From the NCBI GenBank assembly GCA_951406725.2, contig OX597816.1, positions 127,286,001-127,350,000 on the forward strand: 64,000 nucleotides of DNA, read 5' to 3'. The notes beneath the pieces are model-generated. The model did not search any database, was not told the DNA's origin, and was given only the letters and a program-made list of their open reading frames with translations. Position numbers and translations under genes: made by a program. Shown here one piece after another: positions 39,064-52,591 of this stretch (its first letter is position 1; every line of letters begins with the position of its first letter). This stretch comes from Octopus vulgaris. Its lineage: Eukaryota.

Positions 39064-42000
39064 TTGTGCTTCTCTGTAGGTCAAACCATAAATTATTATA
39101 GGAAAGACTACTAGTTTTGAAAGCAAGAAGAAATGAACTAAAGTCTTAAACAATAATGCATTTATATAAACAATAAGAAACAAACTTATGATTACTGAAT
39201 ATAAAAAGTAAAAAGGCTTGAAAATATTTATTGTTAAGTAATAACCTAAAATGTTTGCCTGAATTACTTCTTGCTGTAGACTTGATTTTCTCAAGAATGA
39301 ATGATTAGAACTTTAGCTGGTAACTATAAGCTGCTTTGTGATAAAGTGTGGAAAATTGGTTTACAGGTGGAGAGATATCAAAAATAAAAGAATGAGAACG
39401 AGATAAAATATAGAAAGTAGAACTGCCCCCCCCCCCCCCCCCGCCACTTTTAATACATAAAAATAAGAAATAATTCATGAGGAAACAGAAATTGTCCAAA
39501 TATAGTGAAAGAAAAGAAAAATATTTTATTGTCTAAAATGAGAAAAAGAAAATGAATATGGAAATAAAGATGAAAAGAAAATACAGCAAATGAGAAAGAA
39601 GGAAATGAGGACAGCATCAAAGATAAATTTTCTAATATAAAAATAAAATAGTTGAAGAATGTAAATCTATAACAAACTGACTGAATTCTTTTTGAGAAAT
39701 TATTACATTAAGTATAAAATATAAAACTAAATAAAGACTACATATACTGTTCAGCTGATATTTTGAACAGTAAGTTGATGCTTTTACTAATAACCTTAAT
39801 TGCTTGTGTTACTTATGTATGAAGTCAAGCTTTATGTGTAGTCACTTTGTTAAAGATCTGAAAGATCTTTATTAAAGATCTGAGAGATCTTTAAAAAAAG
39901 TTGAGCATTGTTCATGGCAACAACACAAACTCTACAAATCACTTGACTATACATTTTTTCTGCATGAAAAATATGGTAGTTGATTTACTGAGATGTTATC
40001 ACTTGCATGAAAGTTAATTAGTTCAGACTCATGTGCAAGCTCTGTTCATGTATTAAGCGAAACAACTGAAAAGAAAGCTGCCACATTATATATCTCTATT
40101 AAACTAAATGTTCTTGTGCACTCAGCTATCATCATAACATTTTGTGTTTTATAACGTCTTTGTGATCATGATTGAGCAGAAATCTACCAGGTTTTGACAT
40201 TACATTAAATTGAATGAGCTTGAAATTGCTGGATTGAGAAAACAAAAAAAAATCATATAAGTAACCTTAGCGAATACTAATTAAAACCTCCACACTAATT
40301 AGTACAAGTATAATAAAATGTCTCAGTGAAGAGCAAACTTTAAAATTGCAGGAAGTTTCTATAAAATACTGGAGATGTTGATGTAATTAAGGCTTAGGAT
40401 GAGGATTTGTAGACAAAACATAGATAAAATGTTCCAAACAAGGTGCATTTCTGGATCAAAATGATTCCCATTAAGTTAGTTGTAAGAGGGTATTTTCTTT
40501 TATTGCTGTATTGAAATTAAGTTATTGTCCTGAATGACTACATTTTGAAGTGAACAAAATATGTGTTGCTGTTTGTAGCAGTGGTGATGGTGGTGGTGGT
40601 GGTGATGGTGGTGGTGGTGCCTTTTGCTTTATTACAGTTTAATGAGAGAATCTTTATCCATCGGTTTTACATGCTGTCTAAGAGGGTGACCTTAACATGG
40701 TAGATATCCAAACAATATAGAGTAGTGCTTCTCAAAGGGATGGTACCATTCACTAGAGGTAAAGGAAAATTTTATATTGGGTACAAGAGACAAACAAAAC
40801 AGTAGGAGGTAAAGTAAGAACCTGTACAATTCTTTTGATTATGGAAAGTGACACCAGACCAATGTACAAAACATTGCCAAGTTTTCAATTTTTTGAAATA
40901 GCCTTCTCTCTTCAGATAGTAGGATGTAATTTAGGGGTGATTTCATTGTTATTTCTAGTAGATTGACCAACCACACAGGGGCTTTCTCAATGGCTCATGT
41001 GTGTATTTGTGTATGTAGATATTTGCTTTTGCATATGCACACACACATACACACATATAGATTGATATGCACACACATGAAATGTGTGTATATGGATGTC
41101 AATATATGTGTGTATTATATATTACGTGTGTCAAATATATACATATAATATATATTATTCTTAAGCAAGAGTTTTCTTTTTGTTTGAGAATAATAAATTT
41201 GTACTCTACAAAAGAATAGAGTAATCTTATAACTGAACATAACAAAAACATGAATGTGTGTGTGTGTGCATGACTGCATGCATTTTATTTTCAGGTTTAA
41301 AAATTTCTGCTTAATTCTATTCTTTTTTTCTTTTGAAGAGAACCAGGGCATTTGCAGCCCCATTATCACCACCATCACAAAAAATTCCTTTCAGTTTCAT
41401 TTTATTCATTATTATACAGATAACAATGTTTTACATTCTTGCTGAGAATTTTAAGAAAACTCATTTGTTGGGAAAAGAACATGATATGAATTGTAACTAA
41501 AATTTTTATACAAATGACTTTAATTGGAAGCAAATAACAATTTTGCATATTGTTCAAAAATAATTACATCAGTAACTATTATTAATGTGAAAAATTTAAT
41601 ATTTACATACAGAAATAGATTTTACATTCTTTGTAAATATAGTGAATGGTTAAATGGGCACTGACACAGCAGTGTGTTTTTGCATAGTTTGCATGCATTT
41701 GGTTTTGGTTTCAATCCATTTGAGCAAATGTCTTCCAACATTATATAAGGTCAACCAATGTCATGTGTGTGTAGTTTAATAGAGAAAAACTGAACTATGC
41801 AGAGGAATGTCAAAATCATTTTAATGTCTACTTTTTCCATGCCTGTATGGGTCAGACAAAATTCAATGAAAAAAATTTTCTACTATCAGATGCCTTTTCT
41901 GTCACCAACCCTTACCAGTTTCCAAGCAAAATAATACTTCCTCATGACCAGTCATGTTCTTGCAGAATATTGAAAATGGAACGATGCAAGCAAACACAAA

Positions 42001-42370
42001 TGTATATACATATATAGTCTATTCCTAACTATAATAGTGACAACATGAATTTCTTCCATCTTCTTGCTCTGTTAAAATATTTAAGAAAAGTTATATTAAT
42101 GTGTCCTACTCGTTAAAATTCCTTTTATTTATTTGTACAGCTGAAGATGACACTCTATTTAAATTGATGTAATGATTGCATTGTTCAACTAAATGGAGCC
42201 ACTTCAAAACCTGGAGAATTTTATGTCTAAGGGATCAGTAATTTGCCAAATAAATAGTATTATATAATCAGTAATGAGGGAAATATCATTTTGTTTAAAT
42301 ATATCAATTATGATCAAAGAAGCATTTAATTTTTTCCCATCCTGAAATGCAAAGGACTTTCCTTCCACCC

Positions 42371-42638
42371 TCATCATCATCATCATTGTCATTTAATGCC
42401 CGCTTTCCATGCTGGCATGGGTTGGACGGTTTGAATGGGGACTAGCAGGCCAGAAGGCTACACCAGGCTCCAATCAGATTTGGCAAAGTTTCTACAGCTG
42501 GATGCCCTTCACAACGCCAACCACTCTGAGAGTGTATGAGTGCTTTTTATGTGCCACCAGCATGTGGGCTGCTCAGGCAGTACTGGCATCAACCATGCTC
42601 GAATGGTGCTTTTTATGTGCCACTGGCACAGAAGCCAA
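42371..42638 (-). mobile_element. Short RTE 3' end
   Basis: (CAT)n, terminal stem-loop, TTTCTACAGCTGGATGCCCTTC and about 1.5 repeat units. Confidence 0.88.
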
Positions 42639-42857
42639 TGGGGAAGCACTAGTATTTATGAATGTGTATATACATAATATATACACACACACACACACAC
42701 ACACATAAATATTAGTGACAGAGATAGTATTATTCCAAGAGGTAATGTTTATCCCCACTTAAACATGGATGTTCTGTTAAGACAAACTAGTGTGGAAGAT
42801 ACCATAAGAGAAACATTCACATTGGCTTTTAGTGTAAAACACACTTTTGTTTATAAA

Positions 42858-42907
<50 letters not shown>

Positions 42908-42908
42908 T

Positions 42909-43893
42909 ATCATCATCATCATCATCATCGTTTAACGTCTGCTTTCCTTGCTAGCATGGGTTGGACGATTTTGACTGAGGGCTCGCGAACCAGATGGCTG
43001 CACCACGCTCCAGTCTTGATTTGGCTGAGTTTCTACAGCTGGATGCCCTTCCTAACGCCAACCACTCCGAGAGTGTAGTGGGTGCTTTTACGTGTCACCA
43101 GCACGGGAGCCAGTCAGGCGGTACTGGCAATGACCTCGCTCGAATCCTTTTATACATGCCACCAGCACAGGTGCCAGAAGGCGATTTTGGTAACAATCAT
43201 GCTCGAATGGTGCCCTTTATACGTGCCCACTGGCATGGAAGCCAGTTGGCTGCTCTGGCAGCGATCATGCTTGGATGGTGCTCTTGGCACCCTACTAGCA
43301 CAGGCACAAATCCCAGAAAGCGACGCTGGTAACGATCATGTTCGAATGGTGCCCTTTAAGTGCCACTGGCACAGAAGTCAATTAGCTGCTGTCTGTAATC
43401 ATGCTCGTATGGTGCTCTTTGCACCCTGCTAGCACGGACGCCAGCCATCGAATTTGATTTTGCTTTTGATTGGTTGATTGATTTATTTCACTTGCCTCAA
43501 CAGGTCTTCACAAGCAGACTTTTCGTGTCCAAAGGAGGAAAAGGTACCCATAAGTGGGATGGTTACACCCCTGGCATAGGCCATGAGATTATGGTTTCAT
43601 TTGGCTTGCCTGGTCTTCTCACGCACAGCATATTTCCAAAGGTCTCGGTCACTAGTCATTGCTTTGGTGAGGCCTAAAGTTCGAAGGTCGTGCTTCACCA
43701 CTTCATCCCAGGTGTTCCTGGGTCTACCTCTTCTACAGGTTCCCTCAACCGCTAGGGTGTGGCACTTTTTCACATGGCTGTTCCCGTCCATTCTTGCCGC
43801 ATGACCATACCAGCGCAGTCGTCTCTCTTGCACACTACATCTGATGCTTCTTAGGTCCAACATTTCTCTCAAGGTACCTACACTCTGTCGAGT
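42909..43893 (-). mobile_element. 5'-truncated RTE copy (ORF2 C-terminus plus 3' UTR array), a subfamily related to the 16054 element
   Basis: ORF 43597-43872 (REMLDLRSIRCSVQERRLRWYGH..RGRPRNTWDEVVKHDLRTLGLT..). Diverged UTR array at about 43080-43440. (TA)-rich tracts on both sides. Confidence 0.93.
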
Positions 43894-44154
43894 ATATATT
43901 TATATATATATATCATTTATGCGTATCATACATTTTATTACCATCTGTGAAAAACTTGTACTTTACAAAGTCCTTTGGAAGATGTTTTGCATCATGTCAA
44001 ATCTTCCTATCAGTAATGAACTTGGTCCATTGAAACCTATAAACAACAGCACTGTTTTTTTTCACTAATTCTAATATAAAATCTTATAATAATTCTATTT
44101 ATCATTGCATTACTTATCCCATCGTTAATACTTTCATGTGATTAGAGAAAAAAA

Positions 44155-44640
44155 TGAAGTACAGAGGGAGAGAGAAAAAGAGGAAGAAAGAAAAAGAACG
44201 AGAGAGAAATGTTCATGGTGTAAGTTAGAGGGAATGTAATTCTAATGGTTTCATGGGATTAGTTGAAGGGAAAGAGAGGAGAAAGAAAAAGGAGAGAGAA
44301 AAAGAGGATAAGGTGAAGTGTGATATGGAAAGAGGGAGAAAGAAAAAGAGTGAAACAGAAAAAGATGGAGAGAGAGAAAGAGAGGGAGAGAAGTGTCCAT
44401 GACGTGAGGTAGGGGAGTATAGTGTTTATTATGTGGTTTAAAAAGTTAGCTTATGGTAATAATGATATGGAGGAGGAGTTAAAAATATAATTTTAGCAGA
44501 GGGGTGATGTTCTGATGGTGAGGTTAAAGAAAGGCAGAGAGAGGGGAGAGAGAGAGAGAGAGAGAAGATGGGGTGAGAGAGATGATAATGATGATGTTGA
44601 TGGAGGTGGCAGTAGTGATTAGATAGTGAAAAGTGTATTT
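44155..44640. repeat. GA-rich low-complexity tract
   Basis: Strongly purine-skewed, imperfect AG/GAA repeats. Confidence 0.8.
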
Positions 44641-47600
44641 TTTTTAATTGAACTAAGTTTTTTATATCACCTATCACTTAACACTATGCATAAGTGCATT
44701 GCCATGAAATGTTCACGCTTCTTTATGTGGCAGATATATGTAATTCAACTAAAGGTTGTAGCATATGTATGGGATATTTTTGTTTTTTCTTTACGGGAAA
44801 AATAGAAAAATAAGAGTAAATATATATATAAGTGTATATAAACTGTATTAAGTAATCATCATATTTCTTTCTAGTTTCTTTCACTTTTCAGTGAGTAGCA
44901 TTTGTGCAACTATCTTTCCATACAGACACAACACAGGCTACACTTTCAGGTGCTTTGGATAAAGTTTTCAGAAATAACCCAATAGATTTACCATTGATCC
45001 CGTGAACTATCTACAGGTCTCACTAGTATATATAAATATGAAAATCTGAAACTTTTACACATTTTTATTATAATTTTCAAATATGTTTCAGCAATAGTTG
45101 CATTAAGAACTATTTCTAAAATTGATGAAAGAAGAAAACTTCATAGCTCCGGAAGAAAATTATCTTTTGTATTAATATTCAGAAAATAAAATATTGCAAG
45201 CCTTCATTTGTTCAACAATCCAGTAAAGTAAGGAGGAAGAACTCATAAATTAAAGAACATATTTTTGTTCTTGACTTCAGGAACCTGTCTAGAGTTGTTG
45301 TGAATACACATACCTTATTTTACTTTGATTCATATATTATTTTATATGTTCGGGCTTTGAGAGTATGGCCAATGCATTTTTATTTAAAAGTTTTGACATT
45401 ATATTGATGAAACTTTGTTGCTATTTTACCATGTCAACTTTCTCAGTTTTAATTATTAAAAAGGAATGATTTTTCATAGGATCATTTATTAAATTTTTTA
45501 AATGAAGGTTCTTCAAAATTGAAAGGATAAAAGATAATGATGTGTTACAATGCAATCAACTATTTAAAGTAACTAGTTTAAACTATCCTAATGTTTTAGT
45601 AATAAAATTATGACAGTGGTATGAATTTAACTGTATATTAAACAAATAGGAAAATGTTTCATTTTACATATAGTATTTGATTAGATCATCATAATGTAAC
45701 ATTTGTGTTTGGATGTTCTTATATCTAACCAAATGTATAGGCAATGCAGGTGAGATGAAATAGTTTTGACCTGAAAGTAACACCTTGTCATGGACTTTGC
45801 TTTCAGCCATCATTACTAGTCTCCTACACTGACTAGATCACTTTTATATTGTTTTTTTTTTTTTTTTATTTACATGAAGTATTTAGAGATGAATATAGTC
45901 AATTAAATCAACTCCAGTCCTTGACTGCTACTTTAATTTTATTGACCCCAGAAGGATAAAAGATAAAATTGACTCAAATATAGTACTAGCATTTAGTGTC
46001 TTAATCTTGAAGGAATGCAAAGTTAAAACAGTTCACAAAAGTGATTGAATGCAAAATGTTAAGTCAAATTCAGTTATCAAAATTAAAAATTGACAGTGGA
46101 TGTAATGAAGGCAAAGGCTTGATGGCAACCTTTACATTCAATATTTAATGATATTATATTTTGTTGCTGGTAATATCTGAATTAGAAAAATGAAGCATTA
46201 CAAGTTTTATGAGTATTATTGATATTATCTTTCCTAAATATCACTTTAATAATGGAGTGGTAGAGTAATTAGGTTTCTTTTGTAAAGACAGCTGGAACTC
46301 TTTGAAAATTCTTCTCTTTTTTTATGTCACATAAGTCACATCTAAATTAAAGTATCTTAATCCATGATAATACACTTCTTTTTTTTTTACAGTCTTACTT
46401 AACACACTGAAACAAATCTGAACACACATACATACACACATCATTCTTTTAAAGAATATTTCATTTTGTCTTTCTAGTTTTAGAAAATGCTTTGTGAATT
46501 TATTCATTATTTTCTATTATTTTTCTCTGCAGTTATTATAGTTTTTCTTATAAGTACACATGTCAGTTCATCATTATATGCAACTTCAAAAATTCAGATG
46601 TATATATATCACTAGATTTTCTATTTTATAATTTTGCATTCATACTTTATTTAGATATGTATTGATTGAATTCTTGGATTTCAAATTTTGTAATAATTAT
46701 TTTTCACTTCAATCCTTAACATTAAGCTATCACCCTTTGTAATAGATGCTAGTAAGCTATTACACATTTAATTACTCTAACATCAAGGAAGTGATATGTT
46801 CAATGGAGTCAGTTAGAAATAACGAATAAAATATTAACAAAGAAAGATTGTAAAATTATTTTTCTTTTGAAAGAAGCAAAATAACAATATTTTAGAATGA
46901 TATAAGAAACTTCTAATTATGTGTAATCATGGCTGTGGATAAGGAAGGCAGGAAAACAAACCTGGAGAAAAGCAACTGTATGTCACATGGACAAAATAAT
47001 GGAATCAGATATATACCATAATGCATATTTTAAGTTGTTTCATACAATATCAGTGCAACTAGTGGACTCTCTGTGACAACTAGAGTATTCATACACTAGC
47101 TTTCACAAAGATATTTTCTTTGATATTTTCTACTGTTAGCAAAATAATATTTCTTCCCTCATCCTCTTCTGTAAGTCAGTTATCAGTCTATGGTTTCTTG
47201 GGATTTTTATTCCTAAGTAAATTGACACTTAAAAGGGAAAATCAAAAGAGGACTTGAGAATAAATTCACTAACTGCAAATTCTGGTTTACCAGGTAACAC
47301 TTGAAAAGTTAAAGTTACTAATATTGTGATAAAGGAGAAAAGTAAGGATACAATCATTATGTAGAAGAGAATGAAGAGGAAAAAATGTGTTGACAAGTAC
47401 TTGCTATTCCAGTTCAGCTTGAGAAATACAAGAGGACATAGGTATAAAGTATTCAAGCTATTTTCTAAGAAAGCAGCAAAGTGTCAAGTTTTCTTTACAT
47501 GTGTCTATAAGGATTAGATTTGCTTCAGCTCTGTGTATTTAATTTAAAAAAGATGAAGTACTATTAATGTTGTAACATGCAATAAGTAGTGCAGTGATGA

Positions 47601-48098
47601 CGATGATGAGGACATCTTATGCATCAGCATAGCAAATAAAGAAAATAAGTTATAAAATGTTATTAGGATGTCTGTTTGCATATAAACTGATTTTCATCAC
47701 TCAGAAGCAGTTAAAGTATGTTTTGAATTCAAACTGTGGAACTTGAAGTTGTCACTGTACTTAACAAGCATCAGATAGTATGCCCCCGTTTAAGTTATAT
47801 TAAGTTATATTCTGAAATTTTTTCTTGTCTTTCTTGATATGAATTATCATTAATGTTATTACTTGTTCTTTTCATTACAAGAATAATTTTAACTGATTAC
47901 AAAATTGTAGGTAGGGTTCCATCATATGGAGTATGTTAAACTCTCAAAATTAGTTGATAGTAAGGAATGACAAACAGAGATTTACATATATACATATATA
48001 TATATATATGTAGAAGGTTGAAAAGGAACACACGAGTTGATATATATGGGGAAAAAATCAAGATAGAAAATGCTAAAATAATTTTATAAAAAACATTT

Positions 48099-48135
48099 CA
48101 GTACCGGTTTCAGTCATTGAGATTTTTTTCAACTG
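48099..48135 (-). ncRNA. Minimal type I hammerhead ribozyme-like motif (U3-A8 variant core)
   Basis: Minus strand: CAG TTGAAAA AAATCTCAATGACT GAAA CCGG TA CTG. Stem I is CAG/CTG, stem III is the palindrome ACCGGT, UH is UA. Stem II is imperfect. Confidence 0.6.
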
Positions 48136-48360
48136 TAAGTATGGAAAACAATTAAATTTGGAAAAATTAAAAGAAAACTTTTTTAAAAGAATATTTGTAT
48201 AGTGTTCAAATACAAGTGGCATTTTCCTTGTTTCTGCTTATCTCTGTCTCTCTTGTTTACTCTTGTGGGTTCAATGTCATTGTATTTGAACACTATACAA
48301 ATACTCTTTTTAAAAAACTCTTCTTTTAATTTTTCCAAATTTAATTGTTTTCCATACTTA

Positions 48361-48395
48361 CAGTTGAAAAATCTCAATGGCTGAAATCGGTACTG
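48361..48395 (+). ncRNA. Second minimal hammerhead-like motif, more decayed
   Basis: CAG TTGAAAA ATCTCAATGGCT GAAA TCGG TA CTG. Confidence 0.5.
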
Positions 48396-48567
48396 AAATG
48401 TTTTTGATAAAAGTATTTTAGCATTTTCTATTTTAATTTTTTATTTATTTTATCTAGTTTCAGCTCATGAGCTGTGGCCATGCTGGGGCACTGCCATTTT
48501 TAAAAGTTGCGTCCCTGGGTGGATCTTGACTTTTTCCATATATATATATGTATAATGACAATAGAAT

Positions 48568-48880
48568 AGGAGATGTGGTGATTTGTTGTGCTTCATAAGA
48601 TGCCTCAAGCTAAGTAAAATCACAGTCTTCCACACATACAGGCTTGTCCTTTCAGGTACCAGTACCACATAAAAAGCTCCCATGCTGGTGCTGTGTAAAC
48701 ACTCCCATGCCAGTGGCATGTAAAATGCACCCAGTGCTCTCTGTTAAGTGATTGGTATTAGGAAGGGCATTCAGCCTTAGAAACCATGCCAGAACAGACA
48801 ATTGGAGTCTGGACAGTTCCTTGTCAAACCGTCCAACTCCTGTCACCATGGAAAGCAGATGTTAAATGATGATGATGATG

Positions 48881-48882
<2 letters not shown>
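48568..48882 (+). mobile_element. RTE 3' end, older copy
   Basis: End of ORF2, reduced UTR array, TAGGAAGGGCATTCAGC, and a (GAT)n tail followed by (TA)n. Confidence 0.85.
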
Positions 48883-48923
<41 letters not shown>

Positions 48924-49007
48924 TTATAACAATCTCTGGAATTGGTCAAGTGATGTAGACACCTCTGTGAGACCTAATAAGACTTGAAAATTGATTGAAC
49001 CTGTTAA

Positions 49008-49090
49008 CCCTTTTGTTACCATATTTCTTTTGAAATGCTCTGTTTCTTTCAATTAATTTTAAATCTAGTAAAATTAATAGAGCTGGTGTT
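49008..49090. mobile_element. Possible piggyBac-type MITE end
   Basis: TTAA|CCCTTTTGTTACC fits a TTAA target plus CCC terminus. Partner end not found. Confidence 0.35.
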
Positions 49091-50829
49091 CTATTTGTAC
49101 TCAACTAAGTTATGTTCTTTTGTACTTCTCAATAATTCCTCCCCAAAGTTCAGCTTTGGTGGGTAAACAGAAGTGTATTAGTGATTAAATTCTTGTCAAT
49201 TAATCATCTGAATTGTAGTGGGTATGAACCCTACAACTCAGGTAATGTTGAAAATATTTAAGAGTGAAGTAGTAAGGAGCAAATATCTATGCCATTCCAG
49301 GTGGCCAGCATATTTTGTACAAAATTGTATAAAAGGAACTGTATTGGAATTTATCTTAGTGAAATGAAAATATACTACCTATGACAAGGCCTGCTATATG
49401 AGAAAAACAAAGTACAGGTGAGAAAGCAATCTTTATATTTAAAGTAAAAGACAAAAGCATGTGGTGAGGTGCAAAAAAGGTTTATTTGAATGATGAACTT
49501 AATGGATAAAATAAAATAATTATGCTGAATAGTGACTAGAAATTATAAATAAATAGTTTAAATGAAACCTCACAGAGAAGGAAGTGAGGAGGGAAGTAGG
49601 AGAGAGGGAGTACTTAATTTTGTGTGACTTGTTACAAGAAAGGAAGAAAAAATAGGAAAAGTAAAAATAAATAAAATGTTAGATCAATTATCAAAGCTTT
49701 GTGATTCCTAGAGATGCATTTTAAAAGGTCAGTGGCTTATCAATAAAAGAAAATAGGAAGAAAGAAAAAAAAAAGCGAACACTCTATTTATAAAATTAGT
49801 TTCTGGTGAAATTATTTTGCCTATTTGATATGGAGATTGTATTAAAATGAAAAATATATCCTGTATATATAGCTGAGCACTTCACCCTTACTAACAACTG
49901 ATGTATCATAATCTACTGGAATTTACAAAGACCTAGTTGAAAGCTATGTATTTCATCTGAATAATTTTATGATAGTGTAATGGAATTTATGACAAATGTA
50001 GCTCACAAAAACAATTATTTGCTGTAATATTTAGTTAAAATGGAAGATATGTCTAATGTAGTTTGAAATTATGGCATGATCAAAAAGATGTACTGTACCA
50101 TAAGGTATGGTTTGAATATATAAATCAAATGGTAAGAACCATAGAACAAGATGTGAGCTGCTGGACAGTAAGTCATTTGTGTTAGTTTCAGTTTTCAGTT
50201 AAACCATGTTTATTTCATATATTAATAACCATTAGTGCCAAGGATAATGGGATAAGTGTTACATAAACTTATTTTTCTACCCTATAAACTTGTAGCCTAG
50301 TGTATAAGTAAGAAATAAATATATGCATTAAACGAAGTAGGAAAACATATGTAAACCAAGATAAATATCAGTGAGACTAGCTGCTGGAACTGAATTATCA
50401 TAAAGTGCAACATGTATACTGATTTGACATATACTCACAGAGAGGCAGGCCTCAATAGAACATGACCAGCCAGCTTTGAGGGGCAGAAATTAGTGTTGTA
50501 GTGGTTGAAGAGGCAGTGTGAGCGATAGCATGTCTAGAAGTTGGGATATGTGATAAGCAACCCTGTGACATTTCTTAATATAGTCCAGTATGGTTATACG
50601 CAGTGGTGGACTGACCAGGTTGTCAGCTTACCTGATGGCAACTGGGCCCCTGCGCCATTAGAATCCATATATGGGGGCTCATGTTAGTATCTAAGCGGCC
50701 CATCTCCTCAAGTTTGAGAATTTTTTATTCGCTTCTGGAAGAATGCATTAATTATTTCAGCCTGGCTGTGTTTGAAGACAGTTGAAAAGAATACTTTTAG
50801 CGAAAAAGAAAAAGAAAAAAATAATGACA

Positions 50830-51350
50830 GCATTGTAGTTGTGGGTGAGTCCTACTTGAACTTTGTAAAGAGTTATAAACTGCTGACAGATGAAGTATTT
50901 TCTGGACCTAAAAAGACAGGTCAATCTTTCTGACTTAGTTTTTACCTATGATGTGGGCGTGGATTGCAGCAGCTTTAAGGCTTTTAGTGGCAGGTGAGAT
51001 AGTATATCAGTTCATTGAATTGTGCAATAATAGTATTTTTGTGATGGTGAAAGAAACAAGGTCGACAGGATACCATTGGAGAATGTTTTCAAGATCTGCT
51101 TATGGGAAAATTGCAGGTTTATTGTGAACTAGTTTTATGTACTTGTAGATAATGCTTGTGTGTGGAAGATTAAGACAGAGTGAAGAACCTAAGTAAATTT
51201 TGGGATTATACCTGAATTGATGAGGCATAGGTCGGAAAGAGTTCTGTCATCACATTCTACAATGTTGGAAACTAACAGAAGGCTTCTAATCCTAGACATG
51301 AGAGACTGATGTAGCCCACTGGTTGGCAATTTAGCTTGGGACTGCTGAGA
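50830..51350 (-). mobile_element. Degraded CR1-like LINE fragment
   Basis: Near 50840-50930 the minus strand reads LTCLFRSRKYFICQQFITLYKVQVGLTHNY, resembling the post-RT L..L.R...YF....LL.LYK.QVRP.LEY motif. Right boundary approximate. Confidence 0.6.
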
Positions 51351-51660
51351 TAAGGTTTAAACTGTAAGATTAAAAGATAACATAGATTAATTTCTCAATT
51401 ACAAAATGAAAAGCTTATACTTTTAACTCTTTTTGGTTCGTCAATGGCTCTCACTAATTTAGTTGACTCCCCTTAACAAGGGTGTCAGTAAGGTTTAGGT
51501 GCTAAAAAATAGTTCACTATAGAAAAGAATAGAGTTTATTAAAATATTACTGAGAGATGAGTAGAGGAAAGTGATGATCAGAAGGGAGGCAATCACAACT
51601 ACTCCATTAGAATCCCTTTCAGTTATTTGAAAGAGCTTTTCTGACTCACATAACTATCAA

Positions 51661-51767
51661 ATATAAATATATATATTGTCATAATTATACATAATTGAAT
51701 ATAAATATGTTGTCATAATTATATATAATTAGATACAAATATATTGTCATGATTTGTTTATAATTTA
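51661..51767. repeat. AT-rich minisatellite, about 33-35 bp x3
   Basis: Repeated unit ATA(T/C)AAATAT.TTGTCAT(A/G)ATT..ATAATT. Confidence 0.8.
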
Positions 51768-52591
51768 AAGAGACTTATCAAAGTAACATTAATGAGTGAG
51801 AACAAAAATATAGTTAACAGGATTATCAGATATTAATAGCAATTTTCAAATATATTTTTATAGTTTTTAGGAAATTCACAAACTTATAGTATTTTTCATA
51901 TGGACAGTAAACATTGAAAAACAAATTTATATATACATATATATATATATATATCGACTGTCATTATTGGTTATAGCCAGTGGACTGTAGCCATGAAGGG
52001 CACCACCATTAACAAAATATTCAATAAGGTTTGATATTATTTATGAAAGAGAATACTAATGAAAGGAATGTAGCCTTGTGACTCTCAGCAAATTAAGAAA
52101 AAAATCATTAATTTAATTGAACTCAAATTTACTTTAATTTCTGCTATCTTCTATATTATTTTGATACTATGACCTGTTTCATTGTTTACCATATAAACAA
52201 TACTTTAAAGAAAGTAAGTTTTTGTAATGTACTTAAATTGTTGTAGTTTCAGCATATAAACAAGATCATAACTGCACTTAATGAAGCAAAGCTGGAGAAC
52301 AATTTATTGAATATTCCGACTTTAACAAGACCAGATCTTCAACTGAAAAAATTTGAAACTGTCTATTACAAAGTTTTCAACAAAATATGGAATAGATTTC
52401 TTTTTCACAAAGCTTTGCATTTTTATATTTCACATAAAACGTAGTCCTTTCTAACTCTTGTGTTAAAATCTCCCAATATGACCAACTTGTCAGAAATTGG
52501 TACTTTCCTCACTAATTGTGCTAGATCATCTTAAAAAACTGTCCTACAGTTTTATCAGAATGGGACATTGTTGGTGCATAAATACTGACAA

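Larger units (their letters stand above)
48052..48442. mobile_element. Long inverted repeat (~170-bp arms, ~50-bp spacer); probable inverted pseudo-LTR pair of a Penelope-like element
   Basis: 48052-48223 is the near reverse complement of 48273-48442. Each arm contains a minimal hammerhead-like motif. Confidence 0.7.

Noticed and set aside
39426-39442. C17 run (possible G-quadruplex on the minus strand)
   Set aside because: Isolated homopolymer with no supporting context.
50601-50720. CAGTGGTGGACTG as a hAT-like left terminus
   Set aside because: No matching right TIR or 8-bp TSD found.
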